DNA from: Azolla caroliniana
Lineage: Eukaryota > Plantae > Polypodiophyta
Direction: 5' to 3'
Assembly (NCBI GenBank): GCA_043228905.1
Contig: JBHGNT010000011.1
Location: 17,484,001 to 17,548,000, forward strand
DNA length: 64,000 nt
The notes beneath the pieces are model-generated. The model searched no databases and was not told the DNA's origin. It was given only the letters and a program-made list of their open reading frames with translations. Made by a program: the position numbers and the translations under genes. Shown piece after piece: positions 13,437-27,800 of the stretch; within the stretch, counting starts at the first letter, position 1; every line of letters starts with the position of its first letter.

Positions 13437-13474
<38 letters not shown>

Positions 13475-15525
13475 TTGAAAATTTAAAGAATGTTTTGAAA
13501 CACACACAGTGAACATACAGTTGTTGAATCTACATGTGGAAACTATAGGAAATAGTGAGAAAATACCAAGGAGAATAATCAAGTGCAAATTTTATATGTT
13601 TGGGTCAGATTTTGTTCCCTCAGAGGCCCTGTTATTGCAAAGAATACTAATTTGTTTTCTGTGGTGATGAATTAGGTTTGGGCTGCAATGAGAAGAAGGT
13701 CATCGAGATTCTCGCACACCGAAATTGTGTGCAAAGGCAAGAACTACGCCGACAGTATCACCTCTGTTATCGGGAGGATCTCCTTGATAGATTGAAAACA
13801 GAGCTCCACGGAAATTTAAAGGTTGGTGCTTGGGCTGAAATCAATCTGCCTTGAACTTTTGTATATTTGCCGGGATATCACCAGATTTTCAAATGATGGA
13901 ACTATCTTTCAAATTTACTTAGCAGTCTAATCATTTTAATAAGCACCGTATTAAAATGATAAGATTTATCAGTTAAGAGCTTGATTGCATAGTTTGCCCC
14001 TAAGTTGTGGTGACTTAGCTAGTGAGTAACTAATTGATTGAAAAGTTTGCTGCTATTGATCATAAAATTGTTTCTCTCATGCTGTCATTCTCGATTAAGA
14101 CATAGGTCTTGTGTATTGTTGGTTATACACACAGAAAGCAGTTGTTCTTTGGATGTTGGAACCAGTGGAAAGAGATGCGGCCATCCTGAGGGATGCCCTC
14201 CATGGATTGGGTACAAATGACATTGCTTTGATCGAAATCATTTGCACTCGCACCACATCACAGTTAGAAGCAATACAGCGAGCCTACAATTCAATGTATA
14301 AGCGGAACCTCCATGCGGACATTACTTCAGATACAAGTGGTGACTATAGGAGGGTATGTTCATCCTAAGCATGTTAACTAATTGTCTGATTGCATGATAT
14401 GGTCAAATAAATTGTCAGATTTTCCCCTCCTTTAGGAGCATCATCTGGGGAAATAACGAAGCTGAATGCCAGATGACTCCAGATGACTGACAAGTTTCTT
14501 TTCTTGATAATGTGTTGTTGCAGCTTCTGATGGCATACATCACTAACCCTAGGCAAGAAACTACTGTTGATGAGAAATCCCAGGCGCACGATGATGCCAT
14601 TTTGCTCTATAACGCAGGCGAAGGCAGACTAGGTACCGACGAGGCAGCCATAATTCAGATATTCAGCACTCGAACTGCGAGGCAGTTGAATGCTGCTTTT
14701 CATAGCTACCAGGAGCGCTACAGCCAGGATATTGAGACGGTTGGGATCATACACTATTCTTTCATCGTATTTCTTGTTAGGGTTTTTAAGGTGTTGGCGC
14801 CCTTTAGGTTAATAAATCCAGTAATTATTAGGGTTTTAGGATGTTTATTTGTTCAAACGAGCATCACGAAACAAGCAAAGCTTGGTAACCTTCCTAGGAT
14901 CGTAAACGAGCATCTCTGTCTCTGACTCTGTCTAAATCTCTCTGTCTCTCTGTCTCTATCTCTCTCTCTATCTCGCTCTCTGTGTTTGTGTAAAATGGTC
15001 GATTCGTTGCAATGTATGCAATTATGAGATTGTGTATCGCATTGTGCTGATTTGCATGATATGTCTTCGTTTTATTCTAGGCAATGGAGTCTGAAACATC
15101 TGGAAATTTCTCCAAGCTATTGAAGGCAATAATTCAGTGTGTACGTAATCCAACCGAGTACTTTGCAAGGGTGAGATTTGGACGTTAATTTATACCTGCA
15201 TATTTGTGCACATTGTATTCGTGATTTCTGAGAGGGCTTTCTTTTGGCCTATTGATCTTTCTCCACATGAAATTGATGGTTACTAAATGAAAGGGCGGCT
15301 GGGTTAAATGTTTTGCAGATGCTATACTGGTCCATGAATCGATTTCGGACCAATAATGATGCACTGATTCGCGTGATTGTGACAAGAGCGGAAATAGATT
15401 TGCAAGCTATTAAGATGGAGTTCCAGCGTCTGTACAATGAAAGTTTAGAAGATATGATATCATCTGATACCTCCGGTAGCTGCAAGTGGTTTCTTCTTGC
15501 GCTTGTCCGTGCACGCCACCATTGA
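12638..15525 (+). CDS. ANN5: Annexin D5-like gene 2 (type A, divergent repeat IV), 6 exons, 309 aa, intact frame
   Basis: Exons 12638-12689, 13676-13821, 14135-14353, 14524-14739, 15081-15170, 15319-15525 (930 nt), GT-AG. MPFAKQTDCVNLFEAFK-GLGCNEKK...GLGTND...GRLGTDE...MNRFRTNNDALIRV...ARHH*. Confidence 0.93.
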
Positions 15526-16201
15526 ATGTATATATGTGTTTAAATTAGTTGAAATTGTGTTGTATGCTGTGAATAAACATTCCTTAGAGTTAGCCCATAT
15601 ATGTATATATTCTGAAGGCAATTGCGTAAATTGATCCATGAATTTGTTTGTCGAAATCTTGTTGATGAGTAATCAAAAGCATGTTGCTGTCAATCAAAGT
15701 CCATAATATCCAACTATGTATGGATGGTGGTATAAATTTCAAAAACTGATAGTTGATTAAAGTAGATTAATCTAATAATCGCGAGCTACAAAAGCAAATT
15801 TTACTAGTTGAAATATGTTATAACTTATACTATATGCCATTGACAAATCAAATTGAGAAGTTGAATTCCTTATGTCTCTTAAACGTTATGGATTCAACAC
15901 GCTGAGTTTCATAATGATGTGCCATTGATGATCAATTTGAGAAGTTGGATTCACATCTCTTCAACCGCATACCTCACGTTTGGGTAATCTCTATTCTTGA
16001 TGTACATATACTCTCAAAGTCTTATGTTGAGGAAATTGTTTGTATGGATAGTTATGGTGAGTTCTACAATGTGTTAATATTGTTCTGAATAGAAAATAGC
16101 AAATTTGTAGGTGATGTATATATGGAATTACAATGCACACATGTATGAGGGGTTTAGACTTAGAAGACTAAGAAACCATGAACAACGTGAGAGAGTGAGA
16201 A

Positions 16202-16265
<64 letters not shown>

Positions 16266-16362
16266 TGTATCGATACACAAAATTATTGGCTTCTATATTC
16301 CACAATTCAAACTTTACAAGTGGATGTATCTAAGATATAAACTTAGGGCGTTATTATGTACG

Positions 16363-16720
16363 CATGATGTAGGTGAGGGTAGGGCACTAATATTTACAAA
16401 AATGTGTGGGTATCTTCACTAAAGTGATCAGATAGAGGAAATGATAGGTGCATGCATTATCGTGATCTTGACAACCAATAAATGAAGAATCTTTTAGAAA
16501 AACACAAGTATTGAAGGTGCATTTGGAGGAAGCATAAACATGATGTAGGTGAGGGTAGGTCACTAATATTTACAAAAATGTGTGGGTATGTTCACTAAAG
16601 TGATCAGATAGAGGAAATGATAGGTGCATGCATTATCGTGATCTTGACAACCAATAAATGAAGAACCTTTTAGAAAAACACAAGTATTGAAGGGGCATTT
16701 GGAGGAAGCATAAATATGAT
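16363..16720. repeat. 176-bp tandem duplication
   Basis: CATGATGTAGGTGAGGGTAGG...GGAGGAAGCATAAA starts at 16363 and again at 16539. Confidence 0.9.
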
Positions 16721-17630
16721 GCCTAGATATCCTCATAAGAAACATTAGCTCATAAGGTTGAAGACTAAAGTTATGAGACACTAATGGTGTGGGCTAGGCT
16801 TTTTCATGTTACCTCTTCCAAGATACTAATTGTCCAAATATCAGTTGGTATTGGATGTTGGTGGTAGGTTGGCTATGTCTTGATCCAAGTAGATTTAAGA
16901 AATTAGAAATTAATCATGAGGCAAGAAGATTAATTAGCTTAAATTTTGAATATTTCATTGATAATCAAATCGAGAAGTTGAACTGAAATCTCTTAAACAT
17001 TATAGTATCTATCTCTTGAGTTATTGAAAATATCCAAAGGTAACTTGATTTTAGAGAAGGTTAGTATGAAACTTGTGGAAGGTTAAAAGTATGTGGATAA
17101 GATAGATGTCCATGTTATGCTATGTGTGACTATGTGAGTGTCACTATGTGTGTACGTAGAAACCCCAAGGAGAAGCATGAGAGTCAAAGCAAAGAAGAAG
17201 AAGAAGAAGAAGAAGAAGATGGTAGGGATGAATGCAAGAATTTCAACCAGAGAAGAAGACCTTGACCTTGACTTTATTTATTTATATTATTTATGTATGT
17301 AGTTTTGTTTTTTTTTTTTCAAAAAAGAATATATTCCATTAATTAAACATGTCCTTTTGTACACAACTTTAGTCCCCTTATCAGGTAGGCCTTGCCTAAA
17401 TTATCCTATCATCCTCAACTACTATAGACATATACCTTGTGTTGATTGTACAAAAGCTCGCCATCGGACGTCTACTTACATCTGGGCGGCATCTCATATT
17501 TATCTTACACATTCACATATGTCTCTAACCGATCTATATTTGGTTATATCTATTTATTAGTTATCCACGGACTATCCATACACATCATCTCCATTCAACA
17601 ACAGCCCACGTGTCCGTTCTCTATGGAACT

Positions 17631-17885
17631 CATAGTATGAACCATACGCGCGTTCGCACTTGAGAATGTTCTAATCATCCGAGTATGGTAAAAACCCTCC
17701 ACGTATGGTAAATACCATACTTTTGTATTCATTATTTAGTATAAGGTAACTTTTTTTAAGGTAAGAAAGTTAAGGTAAAAAGTGCCCCCCAAAAACAAAA
17801 AAAAACATAAAGAATGTTTCCATAACATACGCATTCGTACGGAAAAGAATGTTTTCCAATGCATTCGAGTAATTTACGTACTATG
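17631..17885. mobile_element. hAT-type MITE, family copy 2, ~470 bp upstream of annexin gene 3
   Basis: TIRs CATAGTA...TACTATG; perfect 8-bp TSD ATGGAACT at 17623-17630 and 17886-17893. Confidence 0.85.
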
Positions 17886-18357
17886 ATGGAACTCATGTGC
17901 ATTGCATTCAATAGTTTTTCTTCTTCTTCTTTCTTCTAGGATAATCCATTCAAGTGGATACAATAGATATGTAGATAGTAATAAAGTCATTACAGTTTAG
18001 TTTAGGTTTGCTTTAGGCGTTGTAATTTGAACTACTTTTTTGGGTTTTTAATTTTATTTTTAATGATGATGATGATGATGATCGCGATGGCTGACACGCA
18101 CGACGCGCATGACCTACAGACAGTTGAAAATTCTGCCATGGAAGCACCTCCTTCACCTGTTACCGTCTCTTATTCCTACGCACCTCTGATCGCAGTCTCC
18201 TTTCTTCTTCTTCTTCTTCTTCTTCATTTTTTCTTCCCCTCATTCTTTTTGCATCTTCATCTTCTTGGTTCTCATTCCCCTTTCGACGTTCTTTCTTCTG
18301 CTCTTTCGATCCCCCCCCCTTTTCGTTTTCCACTCATTCTTCATTCTTTGTGTGGAT

Positions 18358-21300
18358 ATGTCCACCATCATCCCTCCTCCGGGACCCATGCCGACCGCCA
18401 TGCAAGACTGTGCAGATCTCTACCGAGCTTTCAAAGGTACTTTCTCCTCCTCCTCCTCATAATCTCCCGAATGCTCCGTTCGTTTCTCACTGCTTTAGTT
18501 TATTACATTTCCCACAACGCCTTAACAAAAACGTAGTCCGGCACAATCAAATCCCAAAATCGTTTAGCAGAAATTTCAGAATAAAATGGTAGCTCAGTAA
18601 AAAAGAGCGCTCATTTCTCATCATATTTGCACCGGTTTCAGATTTCATCAGCAGTACTTTTGTTTTTTAAAGATCTACATGTCAGAAAACATTATCAGAT
18701 GTAGTTCTAGGTTTAAATGGAAGCGTGGTAGAATTTCCATTCGAGAGTTGTTTAAATTACAGGAAAACAATATAGATGATCTACATTCAACTTCAAACAA
18801 TAGATGACCAGATAATTGCTCAATTTATAGGAAATAATTCATCTTTTGAATGCATAGGACATAATATTATCGATATAAATTGGTAGCAGTGAAGCATAGC
18901 TAGTGGGAATTATAGATGGAAATTGATAACAGTGAAGCATAGGTAGTGGCACTCATAGATAATAGGAAAGAATAGAAGGAAATCTAGATTGAGATTGGTA
19001 TGAAGCTTTTTTAGTTATGCCCAATTCAACAAGCCTACATTGAAGTTGGTAATGTGACATGCTGTTTTAGTTAAGTCATAGAATCTCTGGATCGAAATTG
19101 TTCAGAAAGATTATAGAAGATCTAGATTTGAAAGTATAACAGTAAAGTTTCAACTTGTTGGAAAGTTTATGGGAAGTCTGTTTTGTCCTTATATAGAAAC
19201 TGGTCACATTTTCTTTTTTGATGGAAGCCGTGGCCACTCTACTGTGTGCTCTCAATTTCTTTGTTTAAAGCACAAAGAACAGATCATATGCATTGCTATG
19301 TGCTCTGAATTGCTTCAAAACGTTTTTCATACAACAATGAATACATCTACAATACAGTAAAAATCACGTTTTGATGACCACTTGTTGAAGATGATATGTT
19401 TTTGAATGTTCTGTCAATTGTTCAAGAAAGTTCTGAAATCAAATCCCATTCAATAAAGTGGGGAAAATACAGTAAGTTGACATTTCAAGAAAGTTTTTGA
19501 AAAATAACTCTTAAAGGAAAATACACAGCAAACATGCAATTCTTGAATCATTACTAATCAATAGAGTTCTCTCTTCATATTTAAACAACAGGAATTTATG
19601 AGAAACTATCAATAGGAATCTAGTACAAATTTTATGCCTCTCTGTTGGAATTTGTTCCCTTACTAAATAATTTTGCTACGCGCTGGAAAAATTCAAAAAA
19701 CAAATGTCCTACACATGACAAGGAATTTCTCATGTGAAAGAAACCTCAATGTCCTATTGCAAAGAATACCTATTTATTTTCTGTAGTGGTGAATCAGGTT
19801 TTGGCTGTGATGAGAAGAAGATAATCACAATTCTGGCACACAGAAATTATGTGCAACGGCATGAACTACGCCGATTGTATCCAACCCTTTATTCTCAGAA
19901 TCTCCTTGAAAGATTGAAATCAGAGCTCCATGGAAACTTGGAGGTGAGTCGTTGAGTTGTACATTAATCTACCCCAAATATTTTCTGGATACATTGATTC
20001 ACTAGGATACTACCGGTTTTTTAAAATTAGCCAAGTACCCCCTTGAGTTTTAAAATTACAAAAGTACCTTCAAATTACTTTGGCTTAATCAGGAGTCATT
20101 CAAACTATTAGTTTTATAAGTTGGTGATCAAGAGGTTAATTTTTCCGTTCTCCCTATGTAGGGATGATGTAGCTTTTGAGTAACTAATTAATTAACTTGT
20201 CATTTGATAATTAGGTCCAAACGTACCTTACAATGGAAATCCAAACTAGAACCAAATTAATGGCTGATTGAATTCACATAAATGTCAGGGGCATTTCGGT
20301 CATGTCTGATTAACCAAGGGGTGTCTTGATGAATATACAAAACATTAGGCATAGGTGGTGTTGTTTCCTTGGTTTTTTGTGGAATGAACCTTCAAACATC
20401 ATCTTCTCACTCTGGATTGTTGATTAAACATATGGCTGGTGTATTTTTTGCTACTCTTGCAGAAAGCAGTTATTCTTTGGATGCAAGATGCACCTGAAAG
20501 AGATGCTACCATCATGAGGGAAGCTCTCCGTGGATGGGGTACTCAGGATACTGCCTTGATTGAGATGGTTTGTTCTCGGACAACATCACAGTTACAAGCA
20601 ATACGACATGCTTACAATTCAATGTATCAGCGATCGCTTGATGAGGACATTTCTTCAGATACTAGTGGAGACTATAGGAAGGTTACTTTCATCCTACGCA
20701 TTTCCTATCCAATTTATTTTCACTGTTCTTTAGTTGTGTGGTTTAGTTTGTTCTTTTTTATGTTTTCTATAGGCAGATTTTTAAACACAGAATGGGAAGA
20801 CCGTGAAATATCCCTGGGGTTTTGTTTATTTTCCCATAGGCCTTTGATCAACCCCTCACAATCAATTATATACGTATATGCTACTTAGCAATTGTATGTT
20901 TAAATTTTCTGCATTTTTCTCCTTCAGGGGCCGTTGAGAAATAATTAAAAACTCAGGGGTAATTTGGAGTTTTCCCTAAAAACAAAAAGATTGTAGAAGA
21001 TGCTATATGACTTGTGAACACTGATAAGTTTCTTTCCTTGATAATGTATTGCAGCTTCTTCTTGCATATCTCAATAACCATAGGCCAGAAACTCCTTATA
21101 TTGATGAGCACCTGGCAGAGAATGATGCCAAGACACTCTATCAAGCGGGTGAAGGACGGTTAGGTACAGACGAGGCAACCATAATTCACATCTTAAGCAC
21201 TCGAAGTGCAGCACAGTTGACTGCTTCTTTCCATAAATACCAACTAATGTATGGTCGGGATATAGAAAAGGTTTGTGTCATACTTTCTTCATCTCCAATA

Positions 21301-22168
21301 ATAGGACTTAAAAGTTTAATAGAATTAGAGTGTTAGTACAATATAGTTGCTCCTATTTCCAGGCAATAGGATTGGTAGAATTATGCTGTTACTCCGACCA
21401 AGCTTTCATGTTGTATCTATTAGCATTGCCTTTCAGGAGTTATTTTAAAGCCTAGTTTGAAAAGCTTGAAAAAGAGGTCTTATTTTTACGATCTTTTGCT
21501 AAATCACATTTGTAGTAGCTAATATGATAGCTCATTGGTAAATTCTTCGTCTTCTCTCTGTTATCGTCAATTCATTGCAATGAATGGAAATAGATGTAAT
21601 GCACTGAAAGACTTTACATGTATCATGTTGTGCTGATTTGCCCCCTTGTTTTATTATAGGCGATGAAGAGGGAAACATCTGGACATTTTTTGAATTCATT
21701 GAGGGCAATAATTCAGTGTGTACAACATCCACCAAAGTACTTTGCAAAGGTGAACGTTAATTTATATCTTGTGCATAATGGCATATATATTTTTCAGATG
21801 TCTTCTGTTGGAAGTTAATATATATCTTGTGCATATTGTATATATGGTTTTGAGATGTCTTTCTTTGACCTAGTGATTTTTCCTTCATGATTTGTGAGTT
21901 CAGTTTATCCACCAATTTCTCTACTTGAAAGTGTTACAGAATAAGGTTGATAATTTTGCAGATGCTACACAAATCAATGGAAGGAATCGGAACGCGTGAT
22001 GAGATATTGATTCGTGTGATTGTGACGAGAGCGGAAATTGATATGCAAAATATTAAGGCAGAGTTCAGTCGGGAGTACAACAAACGATTAGAAGATATGA
22101 TATCATCTGATACATCTGGTAACTACAAGAAATTTCTTCTTGCGCTTGTTGGTTCAGGCAGCCATTGA
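18358..22168 (+). CDS. ANN5: Annexin D5-like gene 3 (type B, full N-terminus), 6 exons, 318 aa, intact
   Basis: Exons 18358-18436, 19798-19943, 20463-20681, 21055-21270, 21660-21749, 21962-22168 (957 nt), [36 protein letters not shown]...GWGTQD...GRLGTDE...[14 protein letters not shown]...GSGSH*. Confidence 0.95.
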
Positions 22169-22429
22169 ATGTGTATATATTTTGGATAAAATTATGTTGT
22201 ATATTGTGCTATAGGGTGATAAATATTTGCTAGCCATATATGTTGTATAAGCTGTTTGTTGAAATTCTATCAATGAAAAATAAAATGCTTGTCACATTAA
22301 TTGAAATCCAATTTTATGTCACATATGAGTGGTGGTCTAAATTTTAAAATCAGTTAATTGATATGAACGTTATATGAACCAAATTCATGACATGAGTCAT
22401 GATGAAACTTTGGCCCTTTCTTATATTTG

Positions 22430-24560
22430 TCTAATGTTGAATCAGTTTCTATGAGATATTGTGACTAATGGCACAAATGTCCCCACCTTATCATCAACCT
22501 TGTCACAACCTAAATATATTGCTCGTCCTTAAAGGATATCATAGCAATTGTCAATGGCATATCTCTAAGAATTGGAACTTTTGTTGAGGTTGAACTTGTT
22601 GTCTCCCTCACAACCATATTTATGGGGCTAAAGCAAGAAAATCATAGGGTGCTCAAGGACCTCCAACATGTGAGTGCCTAGACACAGTAATAACAAGAAG
22701 CTATCACGATGGGTTCAACAACTAGAATCAAATTTATTAATTTTGTATCAAGAAGCTTTCATGTACAAAGGTATGTCATCCATCAAAGTTTGAGTTCCAA
22801 GAATTCTCAAATCAAGTGCATTTGGTGAATCAAATGCATCCCATCACGTCATACCCAGTCAATGTTTTGTTAGAGTTGGATTAGCTGTGACCTTGTTGAT
22901 GGGTACAACAGTAGCGTGATTTGCACTATTATAAGAAAGCTCGGAGATATAAATAATATGAGAATGATTATAATAAGATTCTTGTGTTTAGGTCATTTAA
23001 AGATTCTTGTGTTTGTGTGCTATAAATCATGCACAAAGGAGGCTGAATGAACCAATTTCATCATGGGGTATGCAATTAACAATCGGCAACGGTTTGGTTT
23101 GGTTTGAGAGGGTCCAAATCGAACCGGTTTGGAACTGAACCGTTTAAAAAGTTTGAAACTTGAACCAAACCGAACCAAACCGTTCTAACATTTTTCAAAC
23201 TGTTAAACCATTAAACCGTAAAAACCGTGGTTTCGTGGTTCGGTATTCAACATAGGTCAAATTTTTTAAAATAATATTTCATTTTTTAAAATTTTTAAAA
23301 TTTTTAAGATGTTCCTAAAATGTGAGAATAATGTCTAAAAATGAAAATATTGTTTAAAAACAATTTTTAGAATTTTTAATTTTTTTTTACAATTTAAAAA
23401 AGAAAAATAAAAAAAATAAAAAACCGTTTAAATTGCGGTTTTTTATTGTTGAAACCGAACCGAACCGAATTGTACCTTTGAAACCGTTTAGCTGTTAAAC
23501 TACGGTTTTGCGGTTTGGTTCGGTTCAAACCGAATCGTTGCCGATTGTTATATGCAATCAAGAACTCTCACAAGAATATCTATTGTGAGTTTCTCACAAA
23601 GCTAGTTTCAGGATCCTGTTGGTGTTAGCAACTCCATCTTCCAACTTATAGATCCAACTATTGGCGAAATATTAGAGTTCACATCTGTCCTCCATAAAGT
23701 AAAGACCAATATTCTCGAGAATGAAGGGAAGACTAATTTTCGTGATCTACATGGACTTATCAAATTCTTTCTGCCTCAAGAATGCAATAACGAATTTCTA
23801 ATATATAGTAAATGATATTTTTGAGACTTCATTTACATCTCCATCGTAGTTTAGTTCATGACATTCTCACGTAATCAAAACTCAAGAAAAGCATGATACT
23901 TTTGTTCGTCAAGTTTTATAGAGATTGTAGAAATATGATTTTATGCTAGATTGTAAAAGCACAATTTTAATCACAACCAAGTAAAGTTTCTAGACTATGT
24001 GGTCTCATTGAAAGGTTTTTCTATGGACCCAATCACATTTCATTCATTATGGACTAGGGTTGATAGGCAATTGCATTCGGTAGCATATCATTCTTGAAAA
24101 GTTGAAATTATGAAAATAAATGATGGGATCCATGACAATTATAACTTCTTGGAGGGTTTCCCTCACTAGATCATTGTCTATAATGATCATAAGAACGTCT
24201 CATTATTCCATAAAGCTCATGTCTTAAATAAACCATGAGGTCGTTAACCTCAATATTTTAACACATTTCCATTTTTTATATGCATTAGTTAGGGGCAAAC
24301 CAAAGAAAAGCAAATCACTTATAAAATACTCATATCTTACACCTATTCTAGGAGAGTCTACTTTGACCTTAAGAAGTAAGTCCTCGTGAGTCTCAATTGA
24401 TTCCAATTTCCGACTAATGTTAGTTAATGTTTTTGAAGCATCATGATTCCTTTAGTATAAATATTTGAATTGATGCTTCAACATAAGACATCTTAAATCA
24501 TATTGTTCTAGAACATGTTTCTTGCTTAAAGTCTAGGAACTCAAACATTGCACCCTTGCA
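22430..24560 (+). mobile_element. Degenerate Ty3/gypsy pol relic (RT/RNase H)
   Basis: Decayed motifs resembling EWKTAF (23720-23745), LHPVAY.S (24070), VYTDHKNL (24175) and GK..KADAL (24290). A homologous copy follows pseudogene 5. Confidence 0.55.
23077..23550. mobile_element. Non-autonomous hAT element (474 bp)
   Basis: 15-bp TIRs TAACAATCGGCAACG / CGTTGCCGATTGTTA; perfect 8-bp TSD TATGCAAT (23069-23076, 23551-23558); many subterminal AAACCG/CGGTTT motifs; AT-rich core. Confidence 0.92.
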
Positions 24561-25994
24561 AGTCTATTGAATAACACTAACCACTATGCTATTCTCCTTT
24601 ATTTATTTAATTTAATTTCTTTTTGTATATACATGTAGATGTGTGATGTGAGTGTCGAATACCCCATTGGAAAAACTAGGTTAGGCTATTCTTGTAAATA
24701 ATATAAGGGGCAATTGCCCTATTCTTCAAGCAGGACTCCTGACCTGTCGACTCTTGATAAATATGGCCTCCACATCCGGCTTGTCAGAGACAAGTCTCAA
24801 GAAGTTCGACGGCATGAACTTCAATTTTAGGAAGGAGAAAATGCAGGATTACCTAATCGTGAAGGATCAAATTGACCCAATCGAAAAATGAATCGGCTCC
24901 AAACAAATACAAGATGAATGAGTGGGCGAAATTAGATCAAATTCCTCGTTCCAACATTCGGATGCACCTGTCTGAAGCGGTCTATTTTACGGTGCAATCA
25001 TGTTCGACAACGTACCAACTATGGAAGATGAAAGAATCGGATTTGGTTCAGGCACACTTCAACGATTACGTGTAAATGTTTACGTGTGTGGAAGCTTGTA
25101 AAGATAACAGACACAATCGGATAAGCCGGACAACAGAAGACAATTAGGAATACACAAAGAATGAAGGTAGAGAGCAAGTACACAGTAAGTCAGAGACACA
25201 AGGTTAGCAGACAACAAGAAACACAATTCAAAATGATAATACTCTATACATAAGATGTGCTCATTAAGCACTTTTTATACAAGCCCTTGATAGTGGGCGG
25301 ACATAAGTACTAACAAGTACTTTAATGCTTATGGGTGAGCATCTAATGCTAATTGTCTATTATATTCCTATTACTAAAATAGGAATATAGGCCTCTAATG
25401 GCTTGCCTCCTCCTAGCAAATTAGGTTGTAGGCTTCTTAAGCCAATCCTTCAACCGATCTGGCTTTCGGCATCGTCAACCGATCCATCATGTTGAGCTTG
25501 TCACTCAACACTCCATCTCAAGCTCAACTTGAGGTCGTCGTTTGCTCAAGCCGGTCCCTCGCTCTGGCTCCTCTTGTTAGCATGCCTCCTGGGTTACGCC
25601 CCTCGACCCGTCTAGTCGGCTTGTCTACTCCTTAGGCCTTCATCGGCCTCCTCCCTGTCGTTTCGGCTTTGACGCCCTCCAATTTGTCGGCGCTCCTACC
25701 TTGGCATCATCTTTGATTGCCTGCCCTCTTGCTCGATCGACGTTCACCTGATTCGTCTCGTTCGAATCATTTCCCTTATCCGAATTGTCTGTCTCTGATT
25801 TGTTTTCTCGATCGGCTCGCCCCTTGCTTTTGGCTGGCTCTGGCTTGTCAGTTCAACTGCTTCCCTTGTTGACTAGTCTTCCCTTAACCGATTTGTTCCC
25901 TTTCGTTCTCTTGGCTCTTTCAAATGTCTCCTCCCCCTCGACTATGCCCGTCAAGTTCAACACATCAAGGTTTGTTAGGCTGGGGCGTTCTCTT

Positions 25995-27800
25995 TCTTTT
26001 TGAACAGATTGGATGCGAGAATAAGGGGTTTAGTTGTTCCACATGCAAGGTAGGATTTGCTGGACTTTGAGTATGCAGATGACACTATGCGTTACTTGCA
26101 AAGCAATGACGCCAATTTACATAAGGTTGAAGGATGGATTGAGTTGTTTTGCAAAGCATTAGTGGGGGAAATTAACTGGAACAAAAGTAGAGGATTTTGG
26201 GTAAGTCATGCGTTGGTGTTGTAATGTTGATTGCCCCCCAATGGAATGGCTGTTAAGTATTTGGGCTTTTTTATGCGAGTTGAGACACCTAAAAATCAGC
26301 AGCTCGAGCAGGTGAAAGAAAAAATTAGAAAAAAGCTTCGGTTGTGGGCATCAATAAGGCTTTCCCTTGCTGGTAGGGTAGTTGTGGTGAACCATATTTT
26401 GTTGGCCACCTTGTGGCACTCGGTGGCATGTTCAATGTTAGACAAAGCTTGCAAAAAAAATATTAAGGCAATGGTGAGGGAGTTCCTTTGGTCGAGTAGT
26501 GACAATAAGATGGCGTTAACTAAAGTGGTGTGGGGTTATTTAATTAAGGCGAAGAATTAGGAAGGACTTGGGCTAGGGGATCCGGTTCACCAAAGTAAGG
26601 CGCTACTTGGTAAGCTTCTGGTGTGAAGTTGGACCAGAATTGTGGAAGGTGATCCTTAGGAACATAGCTAACCTTTGGTGTCCTAGGAATGATGGTCCTT
26701 GCCAAGCAAATACGTGGTGATTGTTTAGTCCAGCTCTAAAAGTATAAAGAACCGGTTAGCATGGAGGATAGGGTGGTTTGGGCCATAATGAAGGCCTGGT
26801 CAAATTTAAGAGAATGGTTGGAAAAATGGCTACGACAACCGTTCTTTTGGAACCCTATTATTAGAAGTGAAGACGGTATGATGCTTGGACATAAAAAATA
26901 CTTGCATTGGGGGAGGATGCTAAGGTACACGATTAGGTCGGTACACGATTGGGGGGTCATCAACATGAAGATGCGGGAGGGTCAGGCTATTAGTTGTAGG
27001 TTTACTGGAAGACTAGTGAAGGTGACCCAAGTGATAGATAAGACCATTGATGGATTAGGTAAGTTGAACGCGGGTGAGGGTGGTTTCTAGGTGAGGGTGA
27101 TGCACAATTTATCCGTGGTAGGTGCTCAACTAACGAGGAGCATTTGTTGGGTAACCTAAGTTCATTGACGGATGTTGGCAACTAGTTGGCGGTGTTCAAG
27201 GGTAGGAGGTGGCAATTGAACTCAGATCCTAAGACACTTGATCAAGATTGTAAAATATGGTTTTTTGACAACAAGCCCTTATATGATTTGGAGTAGGATC
27301 CATTAGAGGTATGGTGACAGACACTAAGAACAAACAACTTGAAAAAGTATTTTGAGCACAATACTAACCTAGGAATACAAATCATTGGCTCCAAAATGGT
27401 GGGTGTTATAATGATTTACAATAGTTGGAAGGATAAAGGCATATTGGATGACGATCTAAAGTCGTTTTGGAGGAGACTATGGGCATTGGATACACCAGAA
27501 AAAATAAAGGCTTCATTGTGGCTTCTTAGCCACAAGGCGGTCCTATAGGGGAGTGGTTGAGTTCCCGTGGTGGCTAGGCTGGCTATAAGTTATGTGTACA
27601 TGCTTTGGAATTGGACAACGACGACCATCATTTCGAGTAGAAGCCTTCAAATCATGGCAACGTGTGGTGTGAATGGGAACTTTGTGTGGGGCTCCAATAC
27701 ATGGATTGTCCCTAAAAAGGGAAAGCTCTCATACATGGAGGTGATGTTAAATATTTGGTTTGAGCTTGTGATCCCACTATGGATTCAGGTAAAAACTCTG
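25995..27800 (+). mobile_element. L1-clade LINE fragment (RT C-terminus and zf-RVT), decayed
   Basis: EYADDT (~26070), KYLG, LSLAGRVVVVNHILLATLWH, FLWS..KVVW, FWRRLWALDTPEKIKASLWLLSHK; stops and frameshifts. Confidence 0.85.

Noticed and set aside
18027-18536. 169-aa ORF with signal-peptide-like start
   Set aside because: Built from (ATG)n and (CTT)n microsatellites and overlaps annexin exon 1 out of frame.
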